This document shows, piece by piece, positions 63,729 to 64,000 of a DNA stretch of 64,000 nucleotides. Source of the stretch: Octopus sinensis (lineage: Eukaryota); the NCBI RefSeq assembly GCF_006345805.1, contig NC_043005.1:76136001-76200000 (forward strand), read 5' to 3'. Every line of letters begins with the position of its first letter. Within the stretch, counting starts at the first letter, position 1. A program made the position numbers and the translations under genes. The notes beneath the pieces were generated by a model. It was not told the DNA's origin. It searched no databases and saw only the letters and a list, made by a program, of their open reading frames with translations.

Positions 63729-63750
63729 GTGTGTGTGTGTGTGTGTGTGT

Positions 63751-63790
<40 letters not shown>

Positions 63791-64000
63791 TTATGTGCTG
63801 TGTTTTATTCCACTGAAGAGGCAAAGCATTTCTTATGCAAGGCCAGAAACCTAACAATGGGCTACATGGAAATAATCATTTACCAGGAATCTTTATCAAT
63901 CTTTGGAAACCCCCTTTCTCAATGCATAAAAGAGAATTGGAAACGATTCTTAGACTATTGTTTTATAATCTGGAATGAAACCACAGATAAACTCCTAAAA

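Overview
AT-rich, microsatellite-saturated animal genomic DNA. The tRNA-headed SINE families and the (AT)n/(AC)n/(ATGT)n/(ATCT)n load look like an Octopus-type cephalopod (inference from repeat content). No complete host gene can be shown. Most ORFs in the supplied track are translations of microsatellites or SINEs. The window is a layered record of mobile elements: about 30 tRNA-derived SINE copies from about 5 families; LINE fragments (RTE/Rex3-like, three CR1-group, Hero/RLE-type, Tx1-like); a 267-bp solo LTR inside the RTE; a decayed Helitron RepHel with a canonical 3' end plus non-autonomous Helitrons; a Buster-type hAT transposase fossil with two hAT MITEs; mariner- and pogo-type MITEs; Penelope-like remnants with hammerhead-like relics; and a fragment of a poorly classified repeat-borne ORF family. 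Best leads: an 87/88-bp near-perfect hairpin (63461-63647), a TIR-box-3-like orphan exon (28176-28024, minus) with other exon-shaped islands, several minimal hammerhead relics, a Tx1-like LINE flanked on both sides by (TATC)n, a SINE head carrying four different 3' tails, and a tRNA-like gene relic. SINE boundaries are approximate. Family assignments come from motif recognition by eye, not database searches.
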